A DNA stretch of 64,000 nucleotides, from assembly GCA_002269645.1 (NCBI GenBank), contig NIVC01001735.1, positions 1-64,000 of the forward strand. Direction: 5' to 3'. Both the position numbers and the translations under genes were made by a program. The notes under the pieces were generated by a model that worked only from the letters and a program-made list of their open reading frames with translations, was not told the origin of the DNA and made no database searches. The stretch is from Macrostomum lignano (lineage: Eukaryota). Shown here piece by piece: positions 47,901 to 60,231 of the stretch; the stretch's first letter is position 1, and every line of letters starts with the position of its first letter.

Positions 47901-50055
47901 ACGTCTATCTCGTCAGTATACTGTCTTTCATCATCAGCAGCAGGGTTAGCGCTGCTGGCTGTTTGCGCAGTTCGATTATCCCCTCGCTCAGCTGCAGTCG
48001 TCAGAGCCCTGAGTCGCAGCCGCGCGAATTTCATCAGCAGGTGCACCGACTGCAGCAGGTCGATGATGCTGGCAACGCTCCAGCCCAGGTAGAGTCCAAC
48101 TAGGCCGCCAATGCTGCTCAACAAGCTCAGCACACTGTCCTTGTAGTTCTCCTCCGATACCTGCACCTTGTTGGAAGCCTGGCGCACCTGCAGCTTAACA
48201 AAGTTTGAGCCAATCACTCTGGATAGCTTGGACAGCAGGCTCAGCTGTGTTGCGTTGAGTTCAGTGCTCAAGGAACCGATCTGGTCGTTCAGCGACATGA
48301 TGTAGCTCAGGCCAATTATCTTCATTCCATAGAGTTTCTGCACCTCCGCCTGCCTCTTTGGCAGTAGAGAGCGGACCATGGCCTGAGTGTTGGTCTCGAG
48401 GGGCCACTTAGTGCCAGACACTTTCACTTGGTAGTAGCGCTTGCTGCATGGCTCCTGACAGTGCTCAGTGCTCACGTTGAGGTATTCTAGCGACTGAAAA
48501 CACTGACTGGTCTTGGTGTAGTTTGGACTGCTCAAGTTCATGCACACGGGCAGCTGAGATCTCTGCTCGTCAACCGGCAGAATCGGGTCACGACAGCTGC
48601 AGCTGTTCTGCAGAAAGTCCATGCGAGCCTGAATAATGCAGTCTGATTTGGTGAAGCTGAACTCCTGCCATTCGGGAACATAGTCAGCGAGTGCGCTGCT
48701 TCTGTTGGTTGAGTTGTCGACTCGTTTGTAAACCAGATATCGGATGGTCTCGCTGCTTTTTGAGCAGGGGCTGGATGCCTTGCTGATGAACTGGTCAGAA
48801 TGCTCAGCATATGTCAGCACAGTGCTCTGGCCACTGCTCACCATTATCTTGTAGGTTTCGTGCAAATATTGGTCTGCAAAGTGCGTAGTGAGTCTAAATG
48901 TATATAGAATGTTCTATAGCAAGGATCGGCAAACTGTTCACCTCAAGGGCCAGATAGAGAACCCAGCGCACGACAGAGGAGGGGGGAGAGGAGAGGGAAT
49001 AGAAAAAAAGCTCGTACATTAGGAGAAAGGAGAAGAGAGGAGAGATGAAATAGGAGAGGAGGGAGGAGGAAGGGAGAAGCGAACTGAGAGGAAAAAGAGA
49101 TGAGAAAAGGCGCAAACATCAAGTGGACCCGGATTGCTATTGTGAAGTTTCAAAGACCCGAGGGCCGGATAGAGAGGCTTTGCGGGCCGGAGTTCGCCGA
49201 CCCCTGTTCTATAGGATTCCGTAGGCAATGAACGAGATATGGGGATCTATTCGAATCATGTATGGAAGCATAATGGAAGTCTCATTTATTGATCAACTCA
49301 CCTCGATGCTTCACATAAAGAGCCACGCCAGACGATTTGTCGAACTCCAGAGCCCCGCTAAGACTAAGGGCAGACAGCGGAAATTTGTGGTCAAATTTTG
49401 CATTCAAATCGCTCGAACCGATCAAACTCTCTCCGAATAGGACAAATATGGCGTCAACTATTGCGGACTTCGGAACGAATCTGTAGCAGTTCAGATACTC
49501 AACACTGTCCACGTGCTCAAAATGGGAATTAGTGCCGCAGTCTCTGTCATTTGGCAGCTGGCAGCTGAACAGCAGCGTCTCGGCCCAGATGCCCAGCGCC
49601 TTTTTCAGCACTTGGCGGCCCAGCGTATGCAGCACAGGCCCAATCCGGCTTATAGCACCCGTGCTGGAGCTGCTGAGGTTGGTGCTGATATCTCCGCCAA
49701 TGCTGCTGGTTACATATTCAGCCGGTATTTTGCTCATCGCTGAATTGAAATATGCCTGTCTGTAGTCGGCTGTGGTGTAGCTTAATGGCACGTTGCTGCA
49801 GAAGACCAGATCGGGAAACTGCGCCTGTCGATCACTCTGGACAGTGAGCACCGTTGGATACTCGAGGTATTTTTGCACCGTGATCACAATCTGGACGCCT
49901 GTGAAGCAAGCCAGGCCGAGGCACACCAAGAGGCAGAACGATTGCAGCCGCAGTGGCTTGTCCGACATCGGCAGGTGCGCCATCAGGCCGACGTCTGACT
50001 GAGGCGGCGAGGAAGTGGACGGTTGCGAGTCAGACGTCGTCGGTTTGATCTTCAT
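47870..50055 (-). CDS. Divergent DEG/ENaC/ASIC-family ion channel subunit, 2 exons, ~585 aa
   Basis: Exons 50055-49302 and 48873-47870 (phase 1, 1758 nt). TM1, then KYLEYPT, FPDLVFC, YLNCY.F, Cys-rich thumb (CIIQARMDFLQNSCSC...C...C...C..PC), TM2 LLSSIGGLVGLYLGWSVASIID. Confidence 0.88.
48920..49206. mobile_element. hAT (Charlie-type) MITE (287 bp) in the DEG/ENaC intron
   Basis: TIR CAAGGATCGGCAAACT vs CAGGGGTCGGCGAACT (reverse complement of right end); 8-bp TSD TTCTATAG (48912-48919, 49207-49214). Confidence 0.85.
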
Positions 50056-50884
50056 TATTTCGCTGGAGCAGAAGCGAGGGGCAGCTTAGCAGTTAATCAC
50101 TGAGGGGTTTATCTATCTATACGCGTGGCTTCACTTCCTCAGCTGAGACCGCATTGGCTGTGACTTTAGCAAACAGATGCCATTTTCGGATTGTTTTAGG
50201 CAGAGTGGAATAGCGCAGGAATAGCCCGAGAATGCTGTGCTATGAGCTGCTGCCTGGCTGCCGAGATGCCCGCTGAATCCATTGTTACTTTTAGACAATG
50301 AAGCCGGGCAGCCATAGTCAGCATCCCAGTTCAAGGCCCCTACCCATTGGCTACTGCTATTGGCTATCGTCACATATTCCAAGCTATATAGTTGACCGTG
50401 TTACTAACCGAGCAAAAAGGATACTGGCTGCTGGTCAAATGCTCAGCATATTTGCATCAATTATGAGTATAGCCAGTCATTGTGTTGACAGCTCCAGTCC
50501 TAGAGTGTCTGAAGTTTCGGCGCTGCAGCGGTCCCATAACCGTTTACTGAGGCAGCGTAATTACAGTGATGGATGAACGTTCACTGGATGAACGTACAGC
50601 GAGAAGTATGCCAAGAGCTTCACAGGGTTCTTGTGGTGGATGCAGCTATTGTCAAGCACGAAAGCACCTGCGCTGAAGCACCATAAACGACAGTACATTT
50701 GGACTTGTAAAAAACATTAATAAAAGACAAGCGCTGAGCTGGCCATGCCAAGTAAAATTGGGATTGGGATTTTCAAGCGATCTTAGCCCGGGACAGGCCT
50801 TGGGAAGCCGGGACAACTCGTTCAATTAACGAACTAGCAGAAACTGTATCAAAGTTCTTTGTATGCTACACTGAACGAGAAATA

Positions 50885-51180
50885 GGGGGTGGTAGCCTAG
50901 TGGTCAGAACGTCGGACTCGGACTGAACGGTCGGGGTTCGATTCTCGACCCACGGAACAATTTGTGTCCTTGAGCAAGACACTTAACTCCGCATTGCTTC
51001 AGTTCACCCAGCTGTAAAATGGGTGCCAGCATTAGCTGGGGTAATTGAGGGTGTGAGTGGCGACCCCCAGTCCTTGGACTGAGCAGCCGTACGCAGCCTT
51101 CAGATGCGCCGTGCACAGCGGCTGAGCTGTCGATTGCACATCTGGCCATTAGAGCTGGTGTAATCAATTGTTATTATTAT
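50885..51180 (+). mobile_element. tRNA-derived SINE with CORE-like central domain
   Basis: A box TAGCCTAGTGG, B box GGTTCGATTC; central TGTGTCCTTGAGCAAGACACTTAAC...CTGTAAAATGGG resembles the MIR CORE; (TTA)n tail; second copy at 62221-62531. Confidence 0.85.
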
Positions 51181-53358
51181 TTGTTTCCTACAGTAAATGG
51201 AGTAAGTGAAGCGTCAGATACGACTATAATAAGGGAATAATAAAAAAATTATTTACATGCAAACAAACTAAATGATTTTGGCCAGGATTCCAATCGAATC
51301 TCTGGACAGGCCCGGGCCCTAGCCGAGACAATTATTATTTTTAAAGTTCTGAAGTAGCGTGCGTCATTCTTACAATATTCGTAAACGTGCCCTATTCGGG
51401 GTGACGGGGTGCAAAGATACTTTGCTGAAAATAACCGCATGATTCTTATTATAGCTCGTATTAGGATTTCGACGTTGTGCAATTTCGAGCTTAAGAAAGC
51501 ACCATCCCGTTTTAAGGCCTTCTCGCGTTGATTTAGGTCACCTTGTCTGTTTGCGCGGAGTCAATTTTTTAAATTTTGTGTAGTCTCATTTAAATCTTGT
51601 TGGTCGCTTTTTCACTCATGGAAATCAAGACATTTCGCGCCAGTGAATCTATATTGGATTTCCTGGTTGCTGGTTGTTTAACTAGCTAGACAGACGGGAA
51701 CCTGCCAGAGTAGCAGCTGTATCATCCGCCCGGATTTCAGCCTAGACTGTCCTACAGATAAACACCGGAATTAGTAGCTATCCCGAAAGCGGAAGGTAAA
51801 TGTAGGAACTCATCAGCTCCACACCATATTTGCATTCAATCGCAATCAGTATTAGCATGCATTGTTGTGTTTGAGCGTCCACAGTCTAAATCAATAAGAT
51901 GAGTTTAAATGCAGTAGAAATATGATCGAGCTACCATCTACCAGCTTATCGTGGTGCATGGGAGCACACATCAATAAAATGGTATGGGACACGCCCACTA
52001 AGCCAAGCATAAGTTCGCAAATTAACTAACCAGCAAATTGCAGAGGCTGGTCTTGCCTAGGCAAATCACTGTGTTTACTATTCTTGAAAGTTGGTGGTGC
52101 AAATTGCTACTATAAAATAGGACTATAAAATACAAGCACAAGGTTACTTTACCTACGTCTCGACTAGCAGCAAAAGCATCATCGGCCACGAGACAACAAC
52201 TGTTCGTGAGAATACCAATGCTGCAGTGTTCTCCAACTGCCAGTTCGCAAATTGCACGATAATATCAATAAGTAGTACGAATACGTGACAGGGCAATAAC
52301 ATCTGTGTTCACAATGTTTTGTTGTACTAACATGAGTCGTAGTTGTTTCGCTTTTTGCTGAACGCGTAATACGAGCCAATAAATATTAGACCATAGTCTA
52401 TGGTCGAAATATCTGCTCTAGCGTGTGACAATCAGAAGCGTTGCTAGCAGGCTTGATCTATTTGACAATGGCAACAAGCCATTCGCCAAATCTCTTTTTA
52501 TTTTATTTGGTATTATGAAAATTATAAAAAATATTATTCCATACAATTTAGTAGATCATGTGTAAAAGTAAGAATTCTGGATAAGTGGCCATAAGTGGCC
52601 AAATTCAAGCATGTGCTCGTTAATTTTCAAATTTAACAATAAATTAACAAACAAATGTGGTATAACAAATTTCTGATTTCAAAATTCAACACAATTCTAA
52701 GTTAGGATTGCAAGTTTAAATCACCTTGCTATCCTAAACAACAAGAAGATGGGTCACTGAGCTTTGAATGAACGAACGGCACTGCTACAGCTTTTGTGAG
52801 CCTATCTGAGAATACGCTGCCTGCGAGGGGCCTTGGCTGCGTCTTGCCTCAGTTTATGGGTCATGGACTGCAAAGGCAAAGCAAAGTGATAAAAAGCCAC
52901 GCACACCGAGAATTGATCGCTTTCTCTCTTGTCTTTCCCAGCTCTCTCCAGCCCCTCCGGGCTCAACCCTCCTTCCTTGACCCCTGCTTCTCTAACACCA
53001 GCGCCAAGTTACAAATAAATAAATTACACGATTTTCACTTAGGCTGTCAAAGGCTGTGTAATTATCTTGCACAGAAAGGTAAACAGACTGCTGAATCACA
53101 CTTTGATGCAGGTCAGTTCGACTGCATGTTGATTTCCTGGAGGCAACAGCGCAGCATACTAGCGGAATGGGGAGTCCGTTATCAGTCATATCTGCTATGC
53201 ATGTATTGCATGTGTGTATCAGAGTCAGTTTCGTTGTTTGCAAAATGCTCATCAGTTATTAAATTCGAAGAGTCGGCGTTAGAACTGAGTGCGTGGCCAA
53301 TCTTGTTACTATTTTAAGCCTTCGATAACAACTATTGAATCTGCCGCATCCCCTTCAT

Positions 53359-54231
53359 CTACTGCCGAGCCACCGCAGCCTCCAGCTCGGCCATGAGCCG
53401 CAGGCAGGCCTCATCCCGCCAGGGCAGGGCCGCGCACTGCACGCTGACTGGCAGGCCGTCCGAGCCGGCGTCGTGCATGGCGGCCACGGACCGGTGCCAG
53501 GCGGACTTGCCGGCCGGGTAGGCGGCGGCCGCCTCGGCCAGGTCCTCCGCCGTCACCCGGGTCACCGGCACCGTGCCGGCCGGGCAATTCAGCGTGTTGA
53601 ACAAATTGAAATACGACAGAGCGCCCGTGAAGCTGCCGCTGGTTGGCGCCAGGTGGACAGCCGGACAGGCGCCAGCCGGACAGATCAGGCCGTCCAGGCC
53701 GGCCTGGCGCCAGGCGAAACAGAATTGGCGCCTGGCGTCGGCCAGCCGCTGCGCCAAATGCCACACGCCGCCGCCGTCGGCATCGGCGCCAAGCGACGCT
53801 TCCAACCAGACGGCGGCCTCTCGACGGCCGGAGGCGGCGGCGGCCCGGGCTCGAGCCCGGCGCAGCCAGCGCGGAGTGCGGGCAGTGTCCAGGCTGTGCC
53901 GAACCGCCGGCGAGAGCTCGTCTCCGTCCAGCAGATCAACAAGCCGACGCCCACCGTCAGAGAAGACGCAGCGCAGGTACAGCTCGAAATACGGAGCGTC
54001 GGGAAGCCGCCAGGCTACGAGGCGGTGGCCGCGGGACTCCAAGGCCGACTTGGCCAGCTGGACGGCGCGACGCATGCAGGGCAGGGCGTCGAACAGGTGC
54101 GGCGATTCGTCCACGAAGTAGCCAATGACCAGCGGCCGCTGGCTGCGGGGAGGGGCGGGGGCGATGCTGAGACTGCTCAATTATTTGACTTTGAAAAGGG
54201 TTTGCTAACTGTGCAGGCTTAGAGGCAGACG

Positions 54232-54262
<31 letters not shown>

Positions 54263-54270
54263 ACACAGAA

Positions 54271-54329
<59 letters not shown>

Positions 54330-54352
54330 AAGACAGACAGACAGACAGACAG

Positions 54353-54383
<31 letters not shown>

Positions 54384-54494
54384 CACAGAAAGACAGACAG
54401 ACAGACAGACAGACAGAAAGACAGACAGACAGACAGACAGACAGAAAGACAGACAGACAGACAGACAGACAGACGGACAGACAGACACACAGAA

Positions 54495-54573
<79 letters not shown>

Positions 54574-54596
54574 AAGACAGACAGACAGACAGACAG

Positions 54597-54627
<31 letters not shown>

Positions 54628-54634
54628 CACAGAA

Positions 54635-54677
<43 letters not shown>

Positions 54678-55713
54678 AAGACAGACAGACAGAAAGACAG
54701 ACAGACAGACAGACAGACAGACGGACACACCCGTCGCAGTCGTCGCCAGCCCAGTCCAGAGGGGGCAGCTCCGGGTCCAGCCGGTATTGGTGCCCAGGCC
54801 GGGCTGAGCACATCGCCGACATCAGCAAGGCCACCCCGCCAACGTCGGGAGCCAGAGGCCCCCAGGTGCCCGGCACCAGCCGCTGGGCCCCGGCAGCGGC
54901 GGCGCCGAAGCCCTGGCTGGTGAGCCGGCCGTTGGTCGGCTTGAAGCCGACGCAGCCGCACCACGCGGCAGGCAGCCGAACGCTGCCGCCGAGGTCGGTG
55001 CCGAGGCCCAGCGGGGAGCCGCCGCCGGCCACCAGGGCGGCCTCGCCGCTGCTGCTGCCGCCGGGGCTTCGACCGGTCGCGCTCGGATGCCTGACTGTCC
55101 CATCGATAGGATTCGAGCTCAGGACCGACATCATCGATTGCGGCACGGCGGTGCGGACGAAAGGAACGCCGCCGAGAGCCTTCAGGGCGGCCACCGGCGA
55201 GCAGTCGGCTTCGGCCGGCCGGCCGATCAGGGCCGAGCAGCCCACGCAGGAGTCGCGGCCGGCCAGGCAGAAATTCTCCTTCAAGCTGACGGGCAGGCCG
55301 GCCAGCGGCCCGTCCAGATCGACGCCCGCCCAGTCCGGCGCCAGGAACTCCACAGCGCAGTTGGTGCGGCTGTCCACCTCGATTGCCCGGCGCTGGTAGG
55401 CTAGCAGGACTCTGCGGTGGTCTAGAGTTCGAGCCCGCAGCCGGCCGACCAGCTCGACGGTTGGCAGGGCAAGGATTTCGGCCTCCTCGGCTGGCGACAG
55501 TCCGGCCCGCTCCGTGGCCGCCTTCACCGACTCGACGAAGCGCGCCTTGGCCTCGGCTAAATCGGCGCGCCGGCGCTGGCGCCGGAAACTCAGGTCGGCG
55601 GCGCGGACTGACCGGCGACGCCAGCCGTAGAGCAGCGAGGCGAGGCCGCTGGCTGCCGCTGCGATGGCGGCAGACGCGATCAGGGCCAGCGCCACGGACT
55701 GCCGCCTGCCCAT
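53359..55713 (-). CDS. FAAH: Fatty acid amide hydrolase-like (amidase signature family), 2 exons, ~588 aa
   Basis: Exons 55713-54731 and 54142-53359 (phase 2, 1767 nt). N-terminal TM helix; Lys-Ser-Ser triad motifs [34 protein letters not shown]; C-terminal [20 protein letters not shown]. Confidence 0.92.
54228..54728. repeat. (GACA)n microsatellite filling the FAAH intron ((CTGT)n on the sense strand)
   Basis: Direct reading. Confidence 0.95.
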
Positions 55714-55761
55714 GGAGACCGGCTTGAAGTCCGCCTGCGGGACGGGTGGTTCTCGACATCT

Positions 55762-56045
55762 GAGTCTACTCAGTCCTCGAGTCCATCATCAGAAACTAAT
55801 TCCCCTCGAGTCTACTCAGTCCTAGAGTCCATCATTAGAAACTAATTCCCCCCGAGTCTACTCAGTCCTAGAATCCATCATCAAAAACTAATTCCCCCCG
55901 AGTCTACTCAGTCCTAGAGTCCATCATTAGAAACTAATTCCCCCCGTCTACTCAGTCCTAGAGTCCATCATCAAAAACTAATTCCCCCCGAGTCTACTCA
56001 GTCCTAGAGTGCATCTTTAGAAATTAATTCCCTCCCCAAGTCTAC
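55762..56045. repeat. ~46-bp minisatellite immediately upstream of FAAH
   Basis: (GAGTCTACTCAGTCCTAGAGTCCATCATTAGAAACTAATTCCCCCC)n, ~6 copies. Confidence 0.9.
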
Positions 56046-56361
56046 GTAGAGTTGCTTATCATTTGAAGTGCATCCTCAGAATTTAGACATCAAGCCCATA
56101 GTACAATACATGTACCTATTGAAAGATTTCAGCCACCGTTTGTTATCAATGCATGAGGCATACGTTTTGTATTCTACGCAATGAAAGCTTTCCTCGCGAG
56201 TTTTTCGCCTGAATTCTATTTTCATATTCTATCCAGAGTCCATATAGTCTATCCTTATATTTCACTGCTGAAAGTATATTATTTTCAGATTTTTTCCTAT
56301 TTATTATATCCTACCACAAGTGAGTCCATACCCATACTTTGTTCGACCAGTATATGTTATG

Positions 56362-56683
56362 AGTAGTAGGAGGAAAATGGTACGGTCTGGCGCACGTCGC
56401 TGATTCGCTAGTCAATCAGCGAGGGGGAGCCAATCAGCGAGGGGGAGCCAATCAGCGAGGGGGAGCCAATCAGCGATGAGGAGCCAATCAGCGAGGGGGA
56501 GCCAATCAGCGAGGGGGAGCCAATCATCGAGGGGGAGCCAATCAGCGAGGGGGAGCTAATCAGCGAGGGGGAGCCAATCAGCGATGAGGAGGCCCCGGAG
56601 GCGGGGCGGGGCAGGCCGGAGGAAGGGGTGGGGCAAGCCAATCAGCGACGTGCGCCAGACCGTACCATTTTCCTACTACTACT
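56362..56683. mobile_element. Miniature TIR element with Polinton/Maverick-type AGTAGT...ACTACT termini, 6-bp TSD and internal CCAAT array
   Basis: 44-bp TIR (43/44 identical) AGTAGTAGGAGGAAAATGGTACGGTCTGGCGCACGTCGCTGATT; TSD GTTATG (56356-56361, 56684-56689); ~10 copies of 18-bp GCCAATCAGCGAGGGGGA and a GGGGCGGGG box. Confidence 0.75.
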
Positions 56684-56924
56684 GTTATGAATTTCCAAAT
56701 CAATAAATCAAAACAGATTTCCAAAATAGAAAAAAACATTTGCAGACGAATTAATAAAGCAACTATAATTAGCTCAGTAAATCACAATAACAGCAATACA
56801 AAGTGGAGCAACCCCAATAGATAATTATATTTATTTAGCTAGGAGTCAGCAACAGAAATGCTTTGAGCTTTAACAGCCTAAGTACACAATGACAAAATAG
56901 GGACTAAAAAGCGTTACTAACTAC

Positions 56925-57668
56925 TCAGTGCAGCTTCCTGCTAAACAGCAGAGTCACCAGCACTTGTTGATTCTCTGCCGCCGAGCGGAGCTCCGCTTCG
57001 ATGCGCGCCACCTCAACTGTCAGGCGGTCCAACTCGGCGCCGAGGTTGGCGGCGGCGCGGGCGCTCGCCAGCCGGCTGGGGAAATCGGCGACAAGCCCGC
57101 CAGCGCTGGTCAGCAGGTCGGCCAGCCGCTGCTCGGATTCGGCGCCCAGCTCCAGCCAGCCGCCGCTGTCCTCTTGGCGACCCGGCGAGAGCGCCGCCAC
57201 CACCGCTGGCTGGACGGCGGTCAGGAGTCGCGCCAGGCTTGTCAGCTCGCGCAGTCGGCTTGTCAGACGGCGCAGCCGGTCGCGCGACAGCACGGGCAGG
57301 TAGGGCGAGCGGGCGCTGCGGCGGTGCATTGACCAGGACTCCTGCAGGACCTCGTCGGCCAGGCGACAGGCAGCCAGCAACTGCTCGGCCTCAGCCTCGG
57401 CGTTGTCGGCCTCAACTTCCCTGCCAGCAGCGGATGGAGGCGGAGTCTCGCCAAAGGCGGACTCGTAGGCGGCCAGAATGGCGCGGCAGCGAACGGCGGA
57501 TGGCTGCGCCTCCGACTGCCAAGGATTCGAGCCCGAGCCTCCACCGCCGCTGGACGAGTAGTCTGCACTAGGATTCGAACCCGCAACGCTAACGCTGCCA
57601 AGGACATCGTCGGCGGCTTGAGCGGCGGCAGCGGTGGCGGCTGACGGCGAGGACGAGTCATCAGCCAT
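56925..57668 (-). CDS. HAUS2: HAUS augmin-like complex subunit 2-like coiled-coil protein, single exon, 247 aa
   Basis: GC-rich intronless ORF. NPW motif near the N-terminus and C-terminal pattern (LELGAESEQRLADLL...LVADFPSRLASAR...LDRLTVEVARIEAEL) resemble HAUS2. Divergent, so identity is tentative. Confidence 0.55.
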   Translation of the reverse strand: MADDSSSPSAATAAAAQAADDVLGSVSVAGSNPSADYSSSGGGGSGSNPWQSEAQPSAVRCRAILAAYESAFGETPPPSAAGREVEADNAEAEAEQLLAACRLADEVLQESWSMHRRSARSPYLPVLSRDRLRRLTSRLRELTSLARLLTAVQPAVVAALSPGRQEDSGGWLELGAESEQRLADLLTSAGGLVADFPSRLASARAAANLGAELDRLTVEVARIEAELRSAAENQQVLVTLLFSRKLH

Positions 57669-57809
57669 CAGGGTGGAGGAGAGCCAGTTGGACCGCCGTT
57701 TGAACTCCTGCCAGTTCGTCGTTAAATCAGGTGGGAAACTTTTCTGGGATTTTTCCTAACAAGCCACCTAATAGAAAGATTGGTAGCTTTAAAAATGAGG
57801 GGGTAGGCA

Positions 57810-58990
57810 GATTCAAGGACTGAGGGGGGTGGCAGATTCAAAGACTGAGGGGACAGAGGCAGATTCAAGGACTGAGGGGACAGAGGCAGATTCAAGGACT
57901 GAGGGGACAGAGGCAGATTCAAGGACTGAGGGGACAGAGGCAGATTCAAGGACTGAGGGGACAGAGGCAGATTCAAGGACTGAGGGGACAGGCAGATTCA
58001 AGGACTGAGGGGACAGAGGCAGATTCAAGGACTGAGGGGACAGAGGCAGATTCAAGGACTGAGGGGGGAGGCAGATTCAAGGACTGAGGCGACAGAGGCA
58101 GATTCAAGGACTGAGGGGACAGAGGCAGATTCAAGGACTGAGGGGGCGAGAGGCAGATTCAAGGACTGAGGGGGGAGGCAGATTCAAGGACTGAGGGGGG
58201 AGGCAGATTCAAGGACTGAGGGGGGAGGCAGATTCAAGGACTGAGGCGACAGAGGCAGATTCAAGGACTGAGGGGACAGAGGCAGATTCAAGGACTGAGG
58301 GGACAGAGGCAGATTCAAGGACTGAGGGGGCGAGAGGCAGATTCAAGGACTGAGGGGGGAGGCAGATTCAAGGACTGAGGGGGCGAGAGGCAGATTCAAG
58401 GACTGAGGGGGGAGGCAGATTCAAGGACTGAGGGGGGGAGGCAGATTCAAGGACTGATGGGACAGAGGCAGATTCAAGGACTGAGGGGGCGAGAGGCAGA
58501 TTCAAGGGACTGAGGGGGCGAGAGGCAGATTCAAGAACGGAGGGGGCGAGAGGCAGATTCAAGAACGGAGGGGGCGAGAGGCAGATTCAAGAACGGAGGG
58601 GGGCGAGAGGCAGATTCAAGGACGGAGGGGGGCGAGAGGCAGATTCAAGGACGGAGGGGGGCGAGAGGCAGATTCAAGGACGGAGGGGGCGAGAGGCAGA
58701 TTCAAGGACGGAGGGGGGCGAGAGGCAGATTCAAGGACGGAGGGGGGCGAGAGGCAGATTCAAGGACGGAGGGGGGCGAGAGGCAGATTCAAGGACTGAG
58801 GGGGCGAGAGGCAGATTCAAGAACGGAGGGGGGCGAGAGGCAGATTCAAGGACGGAGGGGGGCGAGAGGCAGATCCAAGGACTGAGGGGGGCGAGAGGCA
58901 GATTCAAGGACGGAGGGGGGCGGGAGGCAGATTCAAGGACGGAGGGGGGCGAGAGGCAGATTCAAGGACTGACAGCGGGTGGAGAGGCAG
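57810..58990. repeat. 27-28-bp minisatellite (GAGGCAGATTCAAGGACTGAGGGGACA)n between NDUFS7 and HAUS2-like
   Basis: Direct reading; variant units grade along the array. Confidence 0.93.
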
Positions 58991-59565
58991 ATTGAACCTC
59001 TGAGAGAGAGCTGAGAGACCGAGAGACAGAGAGCTGAGATGCTGATATTCTGAGCTCAAAATGAGTGCAAATAATTCACGGTGATGTTAAAAGGAACCAA
59101 CAAGTTTTTCATAAATAAATGACTACTTGAATAGCAGTTCAAGCTACTTCAAGTAGAATTGAAGCTAGGATTGATGAGTGAAGCTAAACCCACTTCAAGA
59201 CTGCATTTTATTTATCGTTAGCATAGATCTGTGCCGGCTATACAGACAAGCTAAAATCCCAATGCATGCAGGATCTACACTGGATAAGGTGGAACAAAAA
59301 GGATCGAAAAAACACAGAGTTCCCAAAGTCAAAGCAAGATAGAAAAAATCCAGGACTGTTTCTCTAACTATGAATGACGCCATTAAAGTCATATTTTTAT
59401 TATGAACAAAACCCTGACATCCCGTAACGAAATTAGTAGACAACAAAGAAAAACACTTTCGTATGATAATAACATTAGACTGCTTCCCTACAAACTCTAT
59501 ATCTACATTGATGAAGGATAACTGAAATTTGTCTGTTTATTAAAACTGTCACACAGTTGCGTCTC

Positions 59566-60231
59566 TCATTTCCTGTACCACATCTGGGCCCGTTTAATCC
59601 GCTTAATCTTCTTCTGCAGTTGGAGCACGCCATACAGCAGGGCCTCGGCGGATGGCGGGCAGCCGGGCACGTAGATGTCAACAGGTATGATTCTGTCGCA
59701 GCCGCGCACAACGCTATAAGAATAATGATAATAGCCGCCGCCGTTGGCGCAGCTGCCCATGCTGATCACCCATTTCGGGTCGGGCATCTGGTCGTACACT
59801 TTGCGCAACGCCGGCGCCATCTTGTTAGTGACGGTGCCGGCTACCAGAATGCAGTCGGCCTGTCGGGGCGAGGCGCGGAACACCACGCCGAACCGGTCCA
59901 TATCGTAGCGCGGCGCGGCCATGTGCATCATCTCCACTGCGCAGCAGGCCAAACCGAACGTGAGCGGCCAAAGCGAGTTCTTGCGCGACCAGTTCAAGAG
60001 GTCGTCTAGGCGGGCCAAGGCGAACTCCTGCTTGCTGGTGGCGCCGCGGAATGGCGAATAGGGCCCGAATTTTTGCGCGTCGTGCGGCACCGGAGCGCCT
60101 GACGACGAGGCGACGGATTTGTCGCTTTGGTGCCGCTTCGACACGAGCGGAACCGCCATCGAGGCCGGGCCGGACGGTGGAGAGGCGAGGCGAGCGGCTA
60201 AGCCGAGCCTGCTGATGCAGCTTTGCAGCAT
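59566..60231 (-). CDS. NDUFS7: NADH:ubiquinone oxidoreductase PSST subunit (complex I, N2 cluster), intronless, 221 aa
   Basis: [79 protein letters not shown] at 60231 follows CTCTTCCAG and begins a transit-peptide-like Arg/Leu/Ser-rich segment. Confidence 0.97.
   Translation of the reverse strand: MLQSCISRLGLAARLASPPSGPASMAVPLVSKRHQSDKSVASSSGAPVPHDAQKFGPYSPFRGATSKQEFALARLDDLLNWSRKNSLWPLTFGLACCAVEMMHMAAPRYDMDRFGVVFRASPRQADCILVAGTVTNKMAPALRKVYDQMPDPKWVISMGSCANGGGYYHYSYSVVRGCDRIIPVDIYVPGCPPSAEALLYGVLQLQKKIKRIKRAQMWYRK

Noticed and set aside
53957-55759. 600-aa minus-strand ORF overlapping FAAH
   Set aside because: Alternative frame of GC-rich FAAH exons running through the (CTGT)n intron; no recognisable motifs.
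59566-60231. NDUFS7 as a bacterial nuoB transfer or numt because it is intronless
   Set aside because: It has a mitochondrial transit-like N-terminus, a eukaryote-type C-terminus (QMWYRK) and host-like GC-rich codon use.
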